A stretch of DNA of 64,000 bases from Lobosporangium transversale (Eukaryota), in NCBI RefSeq assembly GCF_002105155.1, contig NW_019028980.1, positions 124,001 through 188,000 on the forward strand, given 5' to 3'. Shown here piece after piece: positions 1-13,054 of the stretch; the stretch's first letter is position 1, and each line of letters opens with the position of its first letter. The position numbers and the translations under genes were made by a program. A model generated the notes under the pieces. The model made no database searches and was not told the origin of the DNA. It saw only the letters and a list, made by a program, of their open reading frames with translations.

Positions 1-2
1 CC

Positions 3-1367
3 TTCGATCAAGGTGCCTCTCTTCGAGCAGTTGTGGACTCACTGCCGAGGCTGGAAAGACTACAACTGGCAAACCAGCGTCGAATGAAACCGGACCTAGG
101 CGCTTTACAGTATTTACTATCGCATTTAGGCAAGTGCATCTCATACTTCGGTTTGTCCGCTTACTTCTGCAGTATTAGCAATGATGCTACAGTTAGCTCT
201 TCACCATCCGGGGTACCAACATTGCCAATGCTTCCTCGCCTCAATGAAATCCTTATCGATGGCAAGATGCGGGGGCTGGAAGAAGACATGTTCCTGCCAC
301 TCATTAAGCGCTGTTCGCAACTGAAAAAGATTTCTGTCTCCACTTCATCAACAAGCTTTATTTGGGGTCTTTCAAAGGCACTTAAATCGCACTGTCCTCT
401 CCTCGACAGCCTGATAGTTGGACACACAGACGCTCCAATTGATGATGAAGACTGTGCCAAATGGCTTGAAGCAAGCCAAGCATGGAAGGAGTTGTCGTTC
501 CAATGCGTAACAGGATTTGGATCTAGGACTCGGGAGGCTGTACTACAACACTCTTCTACACTGGAATCATTCACGGCAACACGTTGTCTAGGACAACCGC
601 CATATTTTTTTATGGATATTCTCCAGACCTGCCCGAACTTAAAGAAGCTTAATCCGTTTGACTTTGACTCTAAAGGATTTGCACCTATAAAAGCCCGAGC
701 TTTCGCTCAAAAACACATTGCTGCCGCAGGATCAATCAAGTTTTTCCGGCTACGAATCGATGCTTCGAATCAATCCTCACTTCAGCAAGAATCAACCGCC
801 GCTACTCTTCAATCTACGTTGCCTTTGCTGCCTCAGCACAGATTTGCTGGCCCATCAGAGACAAGTCAAATAAACAATGATCATACAGTCACACCAGGGA
901 ACCCTAAGCGGCCATTACATCGAGAATTGATATCGAATATAGGGGTAAATGGAATTATGGGTTTGCGAAATCAAGCATCAATGACCCATCGCAGCTGTTA
1001 TGGACGTCTTGCAACCATGACAGACCTTGAAGAACTTTGGTTAGGTGATCCAGACATAGATTACATGAACACTGAGACTATGCTGATGACCAAAATGTAC
1101 GATCAGGCACCGCTTGATATCGAACAGACTGTAAACTCTGGGCTTGATTTATCGCTTGAGAGTGGACTAGATTTAATGTCTGGCATGGATAAACTACGAA
1201 TCCTGGGTGTCCATGGTCTTCCACATCGGATAGGAATTGAGGAATTGAGATGGATGGTACGAGAATGGCCTAAGTTGAGAAGGATCCATGGTCTTTTCTG
1301 GAGGAGACAATCACCAGAAATGGTGCAATGGATACAGGAGAATGCACCGTTCCTTCAACATTCATAG
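3..1367 (+). CDS. F-box-associated RNI/LRR-like protein of the family expanded in Mortierellaceae; 5' end lies outside the window
   Basis: The frame is open from the window edge. It has repeated LRR-like units (LPRLERL, CSQLKKI, CPLLDSL, CPNLKKL) and the family C-terminal signature GLDLSLESGLDLMSGMDKLRILGV...IGIEELRWMVREWPKLRRIHGL. Confidence 0.75.
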   Translation, partial: FDQGASLRAVVDSLPRLERLQLANQRRMKPDLGALQYLLSHLGKCISYFGLSAYFCSISNDATVSSSPSGVPTLPMLPRLNEILIDGKMRGLEEDMFLPLIKRCSQLKKISVSTSSTSFIWGLSKALKSHCPLLDSLIVGHTDAPIDDEDCAKWLEASQAWKELSFQCVTGFGSRTREAVLQHSSTLESFTATRCLGQPPYFFMDILQTCPNLKKLNPFDFDSKGFAPIKARAFAQKHIAAAGSIKFFRLRIDASNQSSLQQESTAATLQSTLPLLPQHRFAGPSETSQINNDHTVTPGNPKRPLHRELISNIGVNGIMGLRNQASMTHRSCYGRLATMTDLEELWLGDPDIDYMNTETMLMTKMYDQAPLDIEQTVNSGLDLSLESGLDLMSGMDKLRILGVHGLPHRIGIEELRWMVREWPKLRRIHGLFWRRQSPEMVQWIQENAPFLQHS

Positions 1368-1515
1368 AAACATTGACTATATTTATCAGAGTGATAAATA
1401 GTCTCAAATAAATAAAAGCAAAAATGTCATAGCATCGCCACCGCCACCAATTTTCCTATTGAAAGAAGGCGTGCCTTTGTTCCAGTATTTTCCTTCTCTC
1501 ATTTGTCAACAAGAG

Positions 1516-4500
1516 ATGACTTTGACAGTAGGGCCAACAGTATTCTACGCCATTTGCCAAGAGGCGGGTTTGGTTCTAGGCATGAATGGATCGCCTAACA
1601 TGCTGAATGTAGAGCCTCCTCGATTCCAACGGGACACTGCTCGACTCATTCAGCGAAACTACTCAGGGTCCGATTGTGTTGAATCATTCCTTGAGGGTCT
1701 ACAGGAACATTTAGAAAAACCACAAAACTTACGAGCATGCCTGCTACCTATTTCAAGTTCTTCTGCAGAAAGAATATCTTCGTAAGGCTTTCTTTTTAGG
1801 CAGTATTTATTGCGTCCTATGAAAATACCAATTCATGTAACCTTCAATGATCCTTTTACATTGATAGATTCTCGTTGAATGAGAGTTTAATCCGCATACT
1901 TTTGGGAATTGATATACTTCAACCAGGACTTATGGAAGCTTTACTTGACCAGATATTTGGTTTTCTGAATGATGAGTATGATTTATTTTGAGGCACCTGA
2001 AATGGATCAACTATACAGAAAAGGTGTTTTTATTTTTATTTTTTTTTATTTTCAGTTTCAATTCGATGCATATTTATATATAACGAGCTGCTTTTTACTA
2101 TGCATACAATGTCAACTACCATATAGCGAAATAGACTCGCCAATACCAAAACTCATCCTTCAACAATTAAAATGGCTAAATAACATCATTGAGCCTGGAA
2201 AGCTTTCAGCTAAGCTTTTGGAGGTACTTGCTTCGCATACAGCTTAGGTTTTTTGATGGTGGCCTAAACAAGATTTCCAAAATAGTTATTGAATGGTATT
2301 GATATGTATTTGATAGGTGATTGGCCTCTCGTCCCAGCCAATTCAGAGGGATATCATTACAAGTTTACCAGAAATTATACCGGATTCTGAGCATAGAGTA
2401 AATGCGATTTTCATTTAAGTCTTGGATCTATGGAATCCCTTCATTGTCTGAGCCAACTGACCATTTCTTCTTCTTTTTCTTTTTTGCGTGGGAAATGATA
2501 TCAAGGCGGTAGTGCTAGGTCTCGTTGAGCTGATGGAGAATTCATCAGAACTCATGGTCCCCATTTTGGATGCATTATCCAATCTTAATTTACAATCAGA
2601 CATATTGGTCAATGCCAGGAACCATGTCATGAACAAACTTGAATCAGCTGAACTGGATGACCTGCCAATTGTCATCAAATTCCTGCTTCAAACTGTCGAG
2701 CCCGAAACTGTTGAAGATGTGATTGAGGCAATCCGTGCCAACCTCGATTTTGGATCAATCAATAAACTCCAGAAGAATGTAAATCAAAAATCTAAGAGGG
2801 CGTCTAATCAAACCCCCGAGGTTTTGATTCTAGGTAATCAACCACTTTCATATCCATTCACAAACTCAAGATCGACTATAGCCTTTTCTCTCTTACACAA
2901 ATTTCACACATATCTGACTCTTCAATTTGATTTCTCAGATGCACTCAAAACTGGCATTCGATTCCAGAAATTTGTGACAGACGCATGGTATAAGGCCTTG
3001 GCTAATATAGTTAAATCAGTAAGTCCCAACTACCTATTTAAATGGAACGCCGCGCTCTTCTCGCTTCATTTATATTATTAATATATTATTTCTCAACTGT
3101 ATAGGGTCAATACAAAGTAATTGATATCATGGTCATTTTGATTCTACATTCTATCGTCAACCTCAAGAAAAAAATTGAGGTCTTGATCCGCAAAAAGATC
3201 ATTGATGGGCTACTTACCAGAAAGCTACTTAGTGAGACAATTATGATCCATGGCATATCACTCAGAGAGTAAGGTGAAATTTTATTTGTACAACTTATAA
3301 TAAGTGGAAACTGAGTATCGTGTATTGGCGAAATAACAGGCTATTCTGTATAAAACTTCAAACAGATATATGCCAGCAGTCCTGTCGATATCCGAAAACT
3401 TACTCCGATCCAGCGGCAGTCACCCCATTGTAGCCAGAACAGCCTCCACTCTCTATACAAGCGCATTTCAAGTATCGGATATATTTTATCGTCAAGAGAT
3501 TGTAGGCTCTCTTCTAGTGCATATTGGTAGTGGGTCCTCGGTAGAAATCGACGCTTCGTTAGCTGTTCTTCAGAACATTGTCAGGGTCTCAAGGGCCGCA
3601 TTGAACGAGTACAGTGCATTCATCAAGGGCGTATTAGATTATCTCGACAATCTGTCTCTCGAACAGATCAGACAGTTTTATTTACTTCTTGGGTCACTGG
3701 CTAGAGAAGTACGCTTAAAGGTTTATTTAGTAGCTTCAACAATGCCTTGATATGCAGCATGTCCTAAGCTCAGATGTTTTTTTTTCTGTATTAGGATGAA
3801 ACCTCTGCAAATTCTGGAACACTTCTTAACGACCTTCACATCTTGATTCGCAAGCAACTATCTAATCCAATAGTGAGGTTCAAGAAAATTGGAGTCATGG
3901 GTGCGATTGCCATGGTTCAGGCATTCGGGGTCAAGGAGAGCGCTCAGAGTGGCAGAGGCTCCTCTAGTCAGGCCGTTACCAGCCATCGCCAAGCGGAGTC
4001 AGATCCACTCCTCAAGATTTCAGTATCTTATCTCCAAATGATCAGGGATTCTTGCCAAAAGTCATCCGTACATATCACCTTTATATATATTTTTTTATCC
4101 CTACTGTGTAATGCCTTTGCGTCGACTACCAACAAACCGTTAGTTGACGTTAATGAACCTATCAACATAATATGAAAACCATTCATAGGTTTGTCTAGCC
4201 CTGACATACGATGAACTTGCAAGCATGGTTATTGCAGGCAATCTTGATCCAAAATTAGTGTTCTGGATCAAGGAAGAATTCTCTGACCAATTTGCAGGAA
4301 CATTTGTTTTCGCCGCCAACGAGGTCTTCACAATGCGGCCAAGCAGGAATATAGCCATGGAGCGCTGGATGAATCTCGATGGTCCTGTAAGTATTGTCCT
4401 TTTATGTTTACTACTGATACCTCTAAGGCTTTTGAGTACTGATGTTTTCAGCTCAATTCAAATTCATGACGGTTTATTAGGAGTCAGAACTATCGATCGG

Positions 4501-7500
4501 CATCATGCCTAGTTTATGTGCTGATATAGCAGAGTCATCACAGAGTGCTGGGTTTAGCACTGAAGATACCTCCGTGTACCTGTGCTCACTATTCAAGTTA
4601 CTACAGGCTACTGAAAAGAGCGGGGAAAATGGCTTGGATGACATCGATGGGCTTTTAGGATGTGGAATCACCATGTTTAAGCGAGAATACTTCGAGGTAA
4701 TGGATCGCGATATGGCACGCAAAACAAGGACTATAGGATATTGACCTCTGACTATACTGCTTTATATGGATGTTCTCTCTAATTTAATAGGATGTCTCTG
4801 AGGTGTATAGTATCGAGATCTGCCACATGATTGCACAGGGTTTGTTGTGTGCTATTAATTGGTATGAGAGTGAAGTTTGATTGTAGCGGCTTCAAAGCAC
4901 TGGTGTCAATTTGGAAGATCCTTACTGAAACAGTGCCGTACTTCCTTGTATACACTAGGTTTCGCGAAATTTCAAACGCGTTTTCATTCGATGCTTCTGA
5001 TCAAACGATGGGTAAGATCATCGCCACTAACCTACTCTCTTACCCAGTTGTAAACAAACAATTCCTCGATACGTTTACTAAAACATACAATTCACTTTAC
5101 AGCACGAATTATTATCCGTTTGCAGCAAATCTCGGAATTGGAGCGAATGTTCCGACATGTCTTGAAAAGCGTTCCTGGCTTCCGGCCATTGGAGGCCAGT
5201 CAAGCTGCGGCCAAAGATGTCTCGCGAGGGACTGTGCCAATGTCTTTATCGATCCAACCAGTGAGCTCTAATGCGATGGGCAAGATGTCAACGCGAGCCA
5301 TGGATATCGACCAGCCACAAAAACCTTTCACGGTTCACTCAAGCGAGATTGTGACATATGAATCTCTATCGCCTTATCTCAGAGAGTTTGAAGTATGACC
5401 CACGACCTACTGGGCATAAGTAAATTATTCGCGCTTTCACCAAAAACTCCTTAGCTGACATGCCTCCCTCCTTTCTCATGGAAATATTAGATGGATGTGT
5501 TCCACGTTTTACGTGTCCACAAGCCAATCACTCGAGAGATCTTTGAAATATCTGAGATTACTCAAGACAAGAACGTCCAACTGCAGTACCCTGAACTATT
5601 ATTTTTGCTTAAAGACCTTCATGCCAAGATTATGTTCAAACTTCCTTTACCTGTTACAAACCTGCCATTCGGAAAAAAACCACAGCCGCCTGTAGCAAAT
5701 AATTTGCTGCTCGTGCGTATGAACACATTTGATTTTGTTCGCAATGTGCTTTTGATCATTCCACATGTTGCGACGAAGTCAAAGATGATGCTGGAAACGC
5801 TGCATCATGAAGAAGAGGTAATGATAAGGAGCAATAGTCAATTGATTAAGGCATCAAAAAGAAACATATGCGGCTCGTTGCACATTGTAGACTGAAATTG
5901 ACCCTGTAATACTGTAGGTCAGGGATCAAAACGGAGAAATGGTGGATCATAGTATTATCATGGAATGCCTGAATGTCTCATTAAAGGTGCTACAATCCCT
6001 TCTATCCTGGAACGAGATCAAGGCAAGCGATCAAAAAGAGCTACGGCTTGTAAGTATCATAAAAAAAAATCTATTCTTTATTCCATAGTTCCGGTGTGCT
6101 GTAGCTTTGTTTTTTATAGTATTATTAATGTTGTTGTTGTTTTTTTGCATTTCAAAAACCATATAATAGGAGCTGCTCAAATCCCTTGCTTTGGATGAGC
6201 TATCGGAGGAGCAGAAGGCATCAGTACAAAAGTCTGTCAATCTTTCAGCAATGGCGGTTCAAGCTTTTAATAATTTATCGGCATGGCGGAAAATGATGCC
6301 AAACTTTGAATGCTCCACTTTGCTTATTGAAATAATTGATAAACTATTGAGTTTAGTCCCTGTGAACTCAGAGACATCTACTAAGGCGTCAGCTCTTGCA
6401 ACTGACGTCCTATCGTACAGATGGCCAGCATCTAATAACATCAAGGTGAACCTGATTTCATTATTGAAAACTAGTAACACACATATTTCGGTTCTTTTAG
6501 CTATTTGGGGTCTTAAAGCTAACTATTATTATTATTATTTCAGCCTGATCGTCTCGCATATGTTCTAAGTCAACAAATTGGAAAGTCGGACATGCGACTT
6601 GCTATGATAAATGAATACGTGACAAAAGTGTTGCCATCCTTTCTGGATCAAGATGAAGGACATGCTGAGCTTCATCCACTTCTTACTACTAGTACATTCA
6701 CTACTTATACAAAGGTGAAAAAAAAGAACTTTAGTCTAAGTTTTTTTATCGTCTTGATTTAGCAGCGGTCGTAACTAACTTTTTCCATCTTTATTTTATT
6801 TTATTTTATTTATTTTATTTTATTTATTTTATTTATTTTATTTTATTTTATTTATTTTATTTATTTTATTTTATTTTATTTATTTTATTTATTTTATTTA
6901 TTTTATTTATTTTATTTTATTTTATTTATTTTATTTATTTTATTTTATTTTATTTATTTTATTTTATTTTATTTATTTTATTTTATTTATTTTCTACTGT
7001 TATTGGTAATAGGCCCTTCATACTCAACTTGCTCTACTGGTGGGGGAATTTGATGAGGAGAAATTTGATAATACGCAAGCGGCATTCGACCATATTTCAG
7101 ATCTATGTCTCTGTTTCCAGCAATTGGCAGCGTTTGTCAAATCAAATGATAAACGAGAGGTCCTTGGAGTAACTTTGAAACACTCAAAGGTGTTTATGGA
7201 GCAGTTCATCAAGAGAATCTTGCCTTTTTTAGGAGTCCATTTCCGAGGACATCAAGATACGGTTGCAAGAATATTCAAGAATCACTTGCAACCTGCTACA
7301 CGATCACTTCAGGTATGGAACCATTTGACTTGCTAATTACTTCTATCATTGGCTCAACTTACTGTTTCACTCAATGATACGTTCCCTGTGTGTGCTGTGT
7401 CTGCATTTCGCCACTAGAATGTCTGTGGGCATGCAAAGGCATCCAGAGAGCAGGCATTGATGGCGATGGTTCCTTCGATCAAGAAAACCATGGAAGGGCT

Positions 7501-8321
7501 TATTTTCGAGGTTAAGCTGATGTTGGAGACAAATGATGCAGGAGCGGCATTCTGGCTTGGTAACTTGAAACATCGTAATCTTCGGGGTGAGGAGATCAGT
7601 TCGCAGCTTCCTGCTGTATCTGATGAAGAGTCCGACCATGACCAGAGTATAGATGAGCAAGGAGATGGCGATACGGCGAGTAATGATGATGTAGCTCAAA
7701 CCAACTCGAGGAAGAAAAGGGCTCGCGGCGGTACATCTAAGCCTTTGTCTTCTACAAGGGCCAAAAACTCCAAAGAATTTAAAAAGGCAGTAAACACCAA
7801 TTCCAAGGATAGCCGTGCTAAGTCAAAGAAATCTGCCGCTACGACAGAAGATGAAGATGTACGAATACATACAAAGAGGTAAGCAAAAGGAATAATAAAA
7901 GAAAAAAGAAAAACTTAGAGTGTTTAGCTCATAAGCTAATGTCTAATTTTTATTTTATAAATGCATATAAAGTCAAATTACAAATAGTGATATGAGTGAA
8001 GATGAACAAGATCAACTGGTGAATGAAGATGAGAGTGATATTGGCATTGAGAAGAGAAGGAGGAAAGCGCCGCGGATCCAAGTGGAAGACAGGGATGATG
8101 AGGATGAAGCAGTTGGAGCAGAAGAAGTGGATGAACTTGACGACGATGATGAAGATCAATACGATGCTCGTATGCTTGAGGTACAGGAAGAGAGAGCAGA
8201 GCGACGTCGTCGTGTCCGCAATCCGTTTATTGATGATGCAGCCTCGGAAGGTGACGAGGAAGAAGACGAGGAGGAAGAGGAAGAAGAGGAAGAAGAAGGA
8301 GAAGACCTTGATAGCTACTAA
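1516..8321 (+). CDS. FANCD2: Fanconi anemia group D2 protein homolog (multi-exon, ~20 introns, acidic C-terminal tail)
   Basis: Spliced ORF pieces carry FANCD2 motifs: PKLILQQLKWL, IQRDIITSLPEIIPDSEH, LMVPILDALSNLNL, DDLPIVIKFLLQ, RQEIVGSLLVHIGSG, KGVLDYLDNLSLEQIR, NDLHILIRKQLS (ubiquitinated-Lys motif), LQPATRSLQNVCGHAK and AFWLGNLKHRNLRGEEISSQ. ATG at 1516; first intron 1782-1867; stop at 8319-8321. Confidence 0.93.
6789..6993. repeat. (TTTTA/TTTA)n microsatellite inside a FANCD2 intron
   Basis: About 200 bp of mixed TTTTA/TTTA units, read directly from the sequence. Confidence 0.95.
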
Positions 8322-8567
8322 TAAGATTAGATCTAGAAAAACATTATCCAATATAATCACGGCCATTGTGGAGCAGCCTGATGGGCTGAGCCTTTTTGGA
8401 CTTTACTTGCTCACATCTATGTAGTTCATTCATCACATTTACCTTCCTTTTTTTTTTTTACTAACATTCGGTAGAATCAGCTTTTTTTCCTATTGTGCAG
8501 CATCCATTTCTCCCATCTATACAGCCAAGACAAGACTATAAAATACAATACACATCACATTGCTGCA

Positions 8568-9855
8568 ATGAGTTGGTAAGAGCGAGATGAATGTGCTTGT
8601 CTCCTTAAAAAAGTGTTTGGTATTCGTAAGTGTGTATGCCCTGTTTATTTATCTTTTATGGGTGTTTTATTTGACATTATGTAGGTCTGGTCTTAAGAAG
8701 AATCTGTCCAGGGCAACCACTTCGGTGTTGTCCAAGACAGGAAATATTGATAGGACAACAGACCGGGAGTTTGAAGAAGAGGAGAAGCGCTTCAGGAGGT
8801 AAAAAAAAAGTGGACAGATGTGTATGGATATTAAAAATGAAAACATACGAGGACATGAATGCAGCCATGACTCTGTCCTTGGTCTTTTCTATTATTAATC
8901 AGGTTATTATGTTTCTTGTCTTTCCTCAAATTAACATTAATTTTTTTTTTCAGTCTGGAGCAAAAGGTTGAAAAGCTTCAAAAGGAGGCCAATGGATATG
9001 CACAAGCCGTGAGACGTATGTATAATGTTTTGTTAATATTTTGCCAACCTTGGGGAATCAACTGTCAAAACGCAGACTTATTCGCGTCCTACCTTTCATC
9101 CAAGCGTAGATATGACAGGATCGCAGCTTAAGATCGCATCAACTATTGATCAATTCTATGATGAAGGAGCACCAATGGGGATTTATGGCGTGAAATATAA
9201 AGAGGCTGTTGCCAAGCTTGAGCAGCAAACCCAAGACGAAGTGGTAACGTTCGTGTTTGTTTAATGTTTTTTACCCTCTTTTGTTACGACAGAAGAACAA
9301 AATACTATTAAATTCTTAAAAAAGAAAAGAAATGAAAGAGAAAGAAAGTACAATTGATAGGCCTGTTCTTATTCTATTTTCTTTTTGTTTATATTTTAGG
9401 ATGCTACATTCAGAACGACAGTGCTAGAGCCTATAGGCAGATATTCTGCCTACTTTCCAGAGATCAATGAGGCAATCAAAAGGCGTAATAAGAAATTACT
9501 TGACTATGACTCTGCTCGATCTAAAGTCCGTAAGCTAGTGGAGAAACCATCGGAGGATAATACGAAATTACCACGAGCAGAACAGGAAGCTAATACATTG
9601 CGAGAGGCCTATGAAAGTATCAATGCACAATTGACCTCAGAACTCCCCAAGATCATTGATAGTCGAGTGGCGTACTTGGACCCATCCTTTGAGGCGGTCG
9701 TCAAATCACAATTGTCGTTCTCCCAGGATGCACACAGCACTCTGGAAGGCCTGCGACAGTTCTTTCCACCGGAGACAGAGGGCTATGAACTTGAGGAGTC
9801 AGCAGAGGGCATCTTGGCCCAGATGAGAGAGTTGTCTATCTGTGGGCTAGCCTAA
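8568..9855 (+). CDS. RVS161: N-BAR domain amphiphysin, Rvs161/Hob3 type
   Basis: Exon 1 (ATGAGTTG, 8568-8575) spliced to 8685 gives MSWSGLKKNLSRATTSVLSKTGNIDRTTDREFEEEEKRF. The last exon has FPEINEAIKRRNKKLLDYD and RVAYLDPSFEAVVKSQL and ends LSICGLA*. No SH3 domain. Confidence 0.92.
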
Positions 9856-9944
9856 AAACAATGAGATCATTACAATGAATATAATTTTTTTTTCCTTTTT
9901 TTTTAATGATAACAAACTATAATTTTAGTGTACGATGTAAAAGA

Positions 9945-11025
9945 CTAGAACCCGAAGAATCCGATATTCTTTGCAGTGTATGTTTGATATTGCTCGGTAG
10001 CTCGCCATTCCGCATATTTAGGGTCCTTCTCCAGCTTGGCCTTGACAGCCATGATGGCTGGAGTCTTTTCTTCGGAAATCTGGACATCATTTCCGCACAG
10101 ATATATCAAATGCTCGATCACAGATGCTGTCTTAATATCTGCAATTGATAACTTTTAAAATTAAATAAAAATTAGTCAATCGGACATATCTTTTTTTTTA
10201 AAAAATATATAAATATATATATGTATATTATGAGCTCATCAAGGTAATTTTAATAGCTTACTTGGTCGCCTACATAGTGACCATTCGATCCGTTGGCCTT
10301 CAAATGTTTTTCATGAGCCTGAATCCAAGAAGGTAAGTTTGATTCCTTGAAACGTTTCAGGAATGTACGTTTATCTTCTTCGTTAGGAGATTGAACAATG
10401 CTATGAACTAGAAAGGTGAAAAGAGAATGTGTAGAACTGTGGTACATCCGGATAAGACTTTCTTGCCAAAAGTCATTGCCTAAAAGACCTGATCTCTTAG
10501 CCAGAAAGCTTTCAATGGCACTGATCTCTGCAAGTTCAAGCACCTTTGAGAGATATAAAAAATAAACGGATGAATGAATGAACGATAGAGCTACATAGGG
10601 CTCATTGGCGATTTTCCTTTATTTTATTTTCCTTTATTTTATTTTCCTTTATTTTATTTTCCTTGTAGCATTCAAAACTTGGTGGTTAGTACAGTACCTT
10701 GCCAGACCGCGTTTCTTCCTTCAGAACAGGGACGTGTCCAAATGGAGTCAATTGTTTTAGGGCACGCCAATCCTATACATCGGAAAGATAAGGAAAGTAT
10801 AAGTTGAAATGACTTATCTTTCTTTCCAATTTTTTTTCTTAAGGGAGAAAGAGTTAATCATACAGCCAGGTACACGTCTGTGAACTTGTATGGTTCTCCA
10901 GAAAGGATCAGAGTCGTTCGAATGCAACCAGCCAGACCATGGAAAGGGAAGTAGATCAGATTGTGAGTGTTGTCTTTAGTCAGTACCAGATCAGCTGTAT
11001 CCGACGAAGTTGTTGAATCTACCAT
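9945..11025 (-). CDS. Glutathione S-transferase (multi-exon)
   Basis: N-terminal LIYFPFHGLAGCIRTTL; middle exon TPFGHVPVLK; LAEISAIESFLAKRSGLLG; C-terminal HEKHLKANGSNGHYVGDQ...TIADIKTA. ATG at 11025, stop at 9945-9947. Confidence 0.88.
10612..10662. repeat. 15-bp tandem repeat (TTTATTTTATTTTCC) x3 in a GST intron
   Basis: Three consecutive copies are visible. Confidence 0.85.
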
Positions 11026-12185
11026 TTTTGTTCCTGGAAACCAACGTTGCGATGTGGAAGAGTATGCGGAACAAAAGTAAAGTGAAAAGGTGATTAAAAG
11101 AGTCAAATGCATACAATATTTATATTTATAGTTCCCTTGTTTGTCGCCCCGGATGCTGCGCAAAAATTCAAAATAAAGTCCGATGTTTTCAATTAATCAG
11201 GCCTTAATTACCTGCTATGTCCTCCATGGCGACTTCTCACCGCTAGCAGTGAAATGAAGAGGCGACAATGTTACTCTTAACGCCTTCTTTGATGTAGCGG
11301 TCATGCTTGAATCGTTCGATTCAAGGGAATAGAGTAACGAGTGATCGTCAGCTTACGCTAAAGACATGTAGAAGAGAGGGTTGCGTCAGTAAAACAATAT
11401 AGCGTAAATGTCATTAAGATCAAGTGAAAAAGGTAATGGTAAATTTGCGTATCAACACGGCACACGGTTCAATGGGGCTTCTCAGCTTTGATAGTTTCCA
11501 AGTCAGCACATGAAAATCAAGGAAGAAAACCTGCTCAGAGGGGAATCGCGGCTTTGGCATGACTCCACGTCAATACACCATGTGTACAACAAGTATCAAT
11601 AAGCCCTTCATTGATATTACTCCATCATCCTCACCATTAAAAAATTAAAAGTATCACGCTCACTCTTAATTGTGCACAAGGGCAACAAGCTTTACAAGGT
11701 GCCTGAAAGAACAAATAGCGAAACCAAGAGAACTGTATAATGGGAGGAAAGACAGGAAAAGAGGAAGAGGATGACGGAGGGTGGGAATGATATAAACAGG
11801 GCATATGCAGCATGGTGATGATGTTTAAGTGACTTTTTTTATTTTTGCCACCACGCGCTTCTCGCCCTCTTGCAATGCTTGGCCAATGACTTTGCTCGTA
11901 TCAATTAGAATAAACCGAATGCAGTTGAGAAATAAGCCGATGTCCCCGATGATATAGTTTGTAGGTCTTTGATCAAGAAAAGGACGATAATTTACAGCGT
12001 TCTTTTCTGACAAAAGTGGTTAGTGTGGTGCAGGGTCCAATCATGAGGAATTCTTGATACAAGCAAGTAACCTTAAAAAAATTTCTTTGCAAAAAGTTCT
12101 GGACTGATCTTTTTTTTACACTCATTCCTCTATTCCATCTCTTCATTTAATTCATTTTCATTCCCCATCTATTCTTTACATTAAT

Positions 12186-12875
12186 ATGAGTCCCTCCATA
12201 TCTCTCCTTGCTCCACCTGCCGCTGGCCCTAATCCAGCCATGGTTTCCTCTTCCTGCATATCTGCAGCTGCTACCACTGATCATTCGGTTACTACCATCT
12301 CTACCTTGGATCCTAATCAGCTTAAGCAATTTTACGACCAGTATCCGGATTACAAAGAAGAAGAACAGGAGTTCCCATTATGGATTGAAGGTGTCGATAC
12401 AACCTATGCACCTTTTATCCCTACATCTACTCGACGTGTCCTCTTGGCCCTAGAAATGGTTCGTCTTTGTTCCTCAGATAGAGTCCTCGATGTTGGATCC
12501 GGTGATGGTCGATTCTGTTTTGCAGCAGCTCATTTCTTTGGAGCCCAGAAAGCCATTGGTATCGAATATGAACAAGATCTGGTCGAGCGATCTACAGTAT
12601 TAGCACAGAAATATGTGGATGAGGGCAGGGTATTATTTCAAAGAGCTGATCTCACCAATTGGAGACATTCCACTATCATGCAATCCAAGGAATGGACAGT
12701 CATCATCGTCTTCTTATCGCCAGAAGGGGGCACTGACATGGAAGAATGGCTCGTCCAGGAATTCGAACGTGGTGTCCGCATTGTAGCTTTGGTCTTTGAT
12801 CTGAAGCATCTGAAAGGTCTCCGCTGTAGTGTGGAGGATGCATATGAAGGCATCTGGATCTATGAGAAATATTAA
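12186..12875 (+). CDS. Class I SAM-dependent methyltransferase, FAM173/aKMT-like; single exon
   Basis: APFIPTS precedes motif I VLDVGSGDGR, then post-I AIGIEYE and VLFQRADL. Confidence 0.8.
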   Translation: MSPSISLLAPPAAGPNPAMVSSSCISAAATTDHSVTTISTLDPNQLKQFYDQYPDYKEEEQEFPLWIEGVDTTYAPFIPTSTRRVLLALEMVRLCSSDRVLDVGSGDGRFCFAAAHFFGAQKAIGIEYEQDLVERSTVLAQKYVDEGRVLFQRADLTNWRHSTIMQSKEWTVIIVFLSPEGGTDMEEWLVQEFERGVRIVALVFDLKHLKGLRCSVEDAYEGIWIYEKY

Positions 12876-12908
12876 GTGATTTCTTTATTTCTGCTATCTC
12901 TTCACTCG

Positions 12909-13054
<146 letters not shown>

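Noticed and set aside
2487..2494. Perfect CSL site CGTGGGAA
   Set aside because: A single 8-mer in a FANCD2 intron is expected by chance in 64 kb.
11203..11280. LITCYVLHGDFSPLAVK* resembling a Crinkler N-terminus
   Set aside because: The similarity is weak and short, with no downstream LWxV/HVLV motifs.
11470..11485. CAATGGGGCTT resembling the RNase MRP CR-V motif
   Set aside because: No matching upstream GAAAGUCCCC to form P4; the nearest, AAAGTCCGA at ~11175, does not pair fully.
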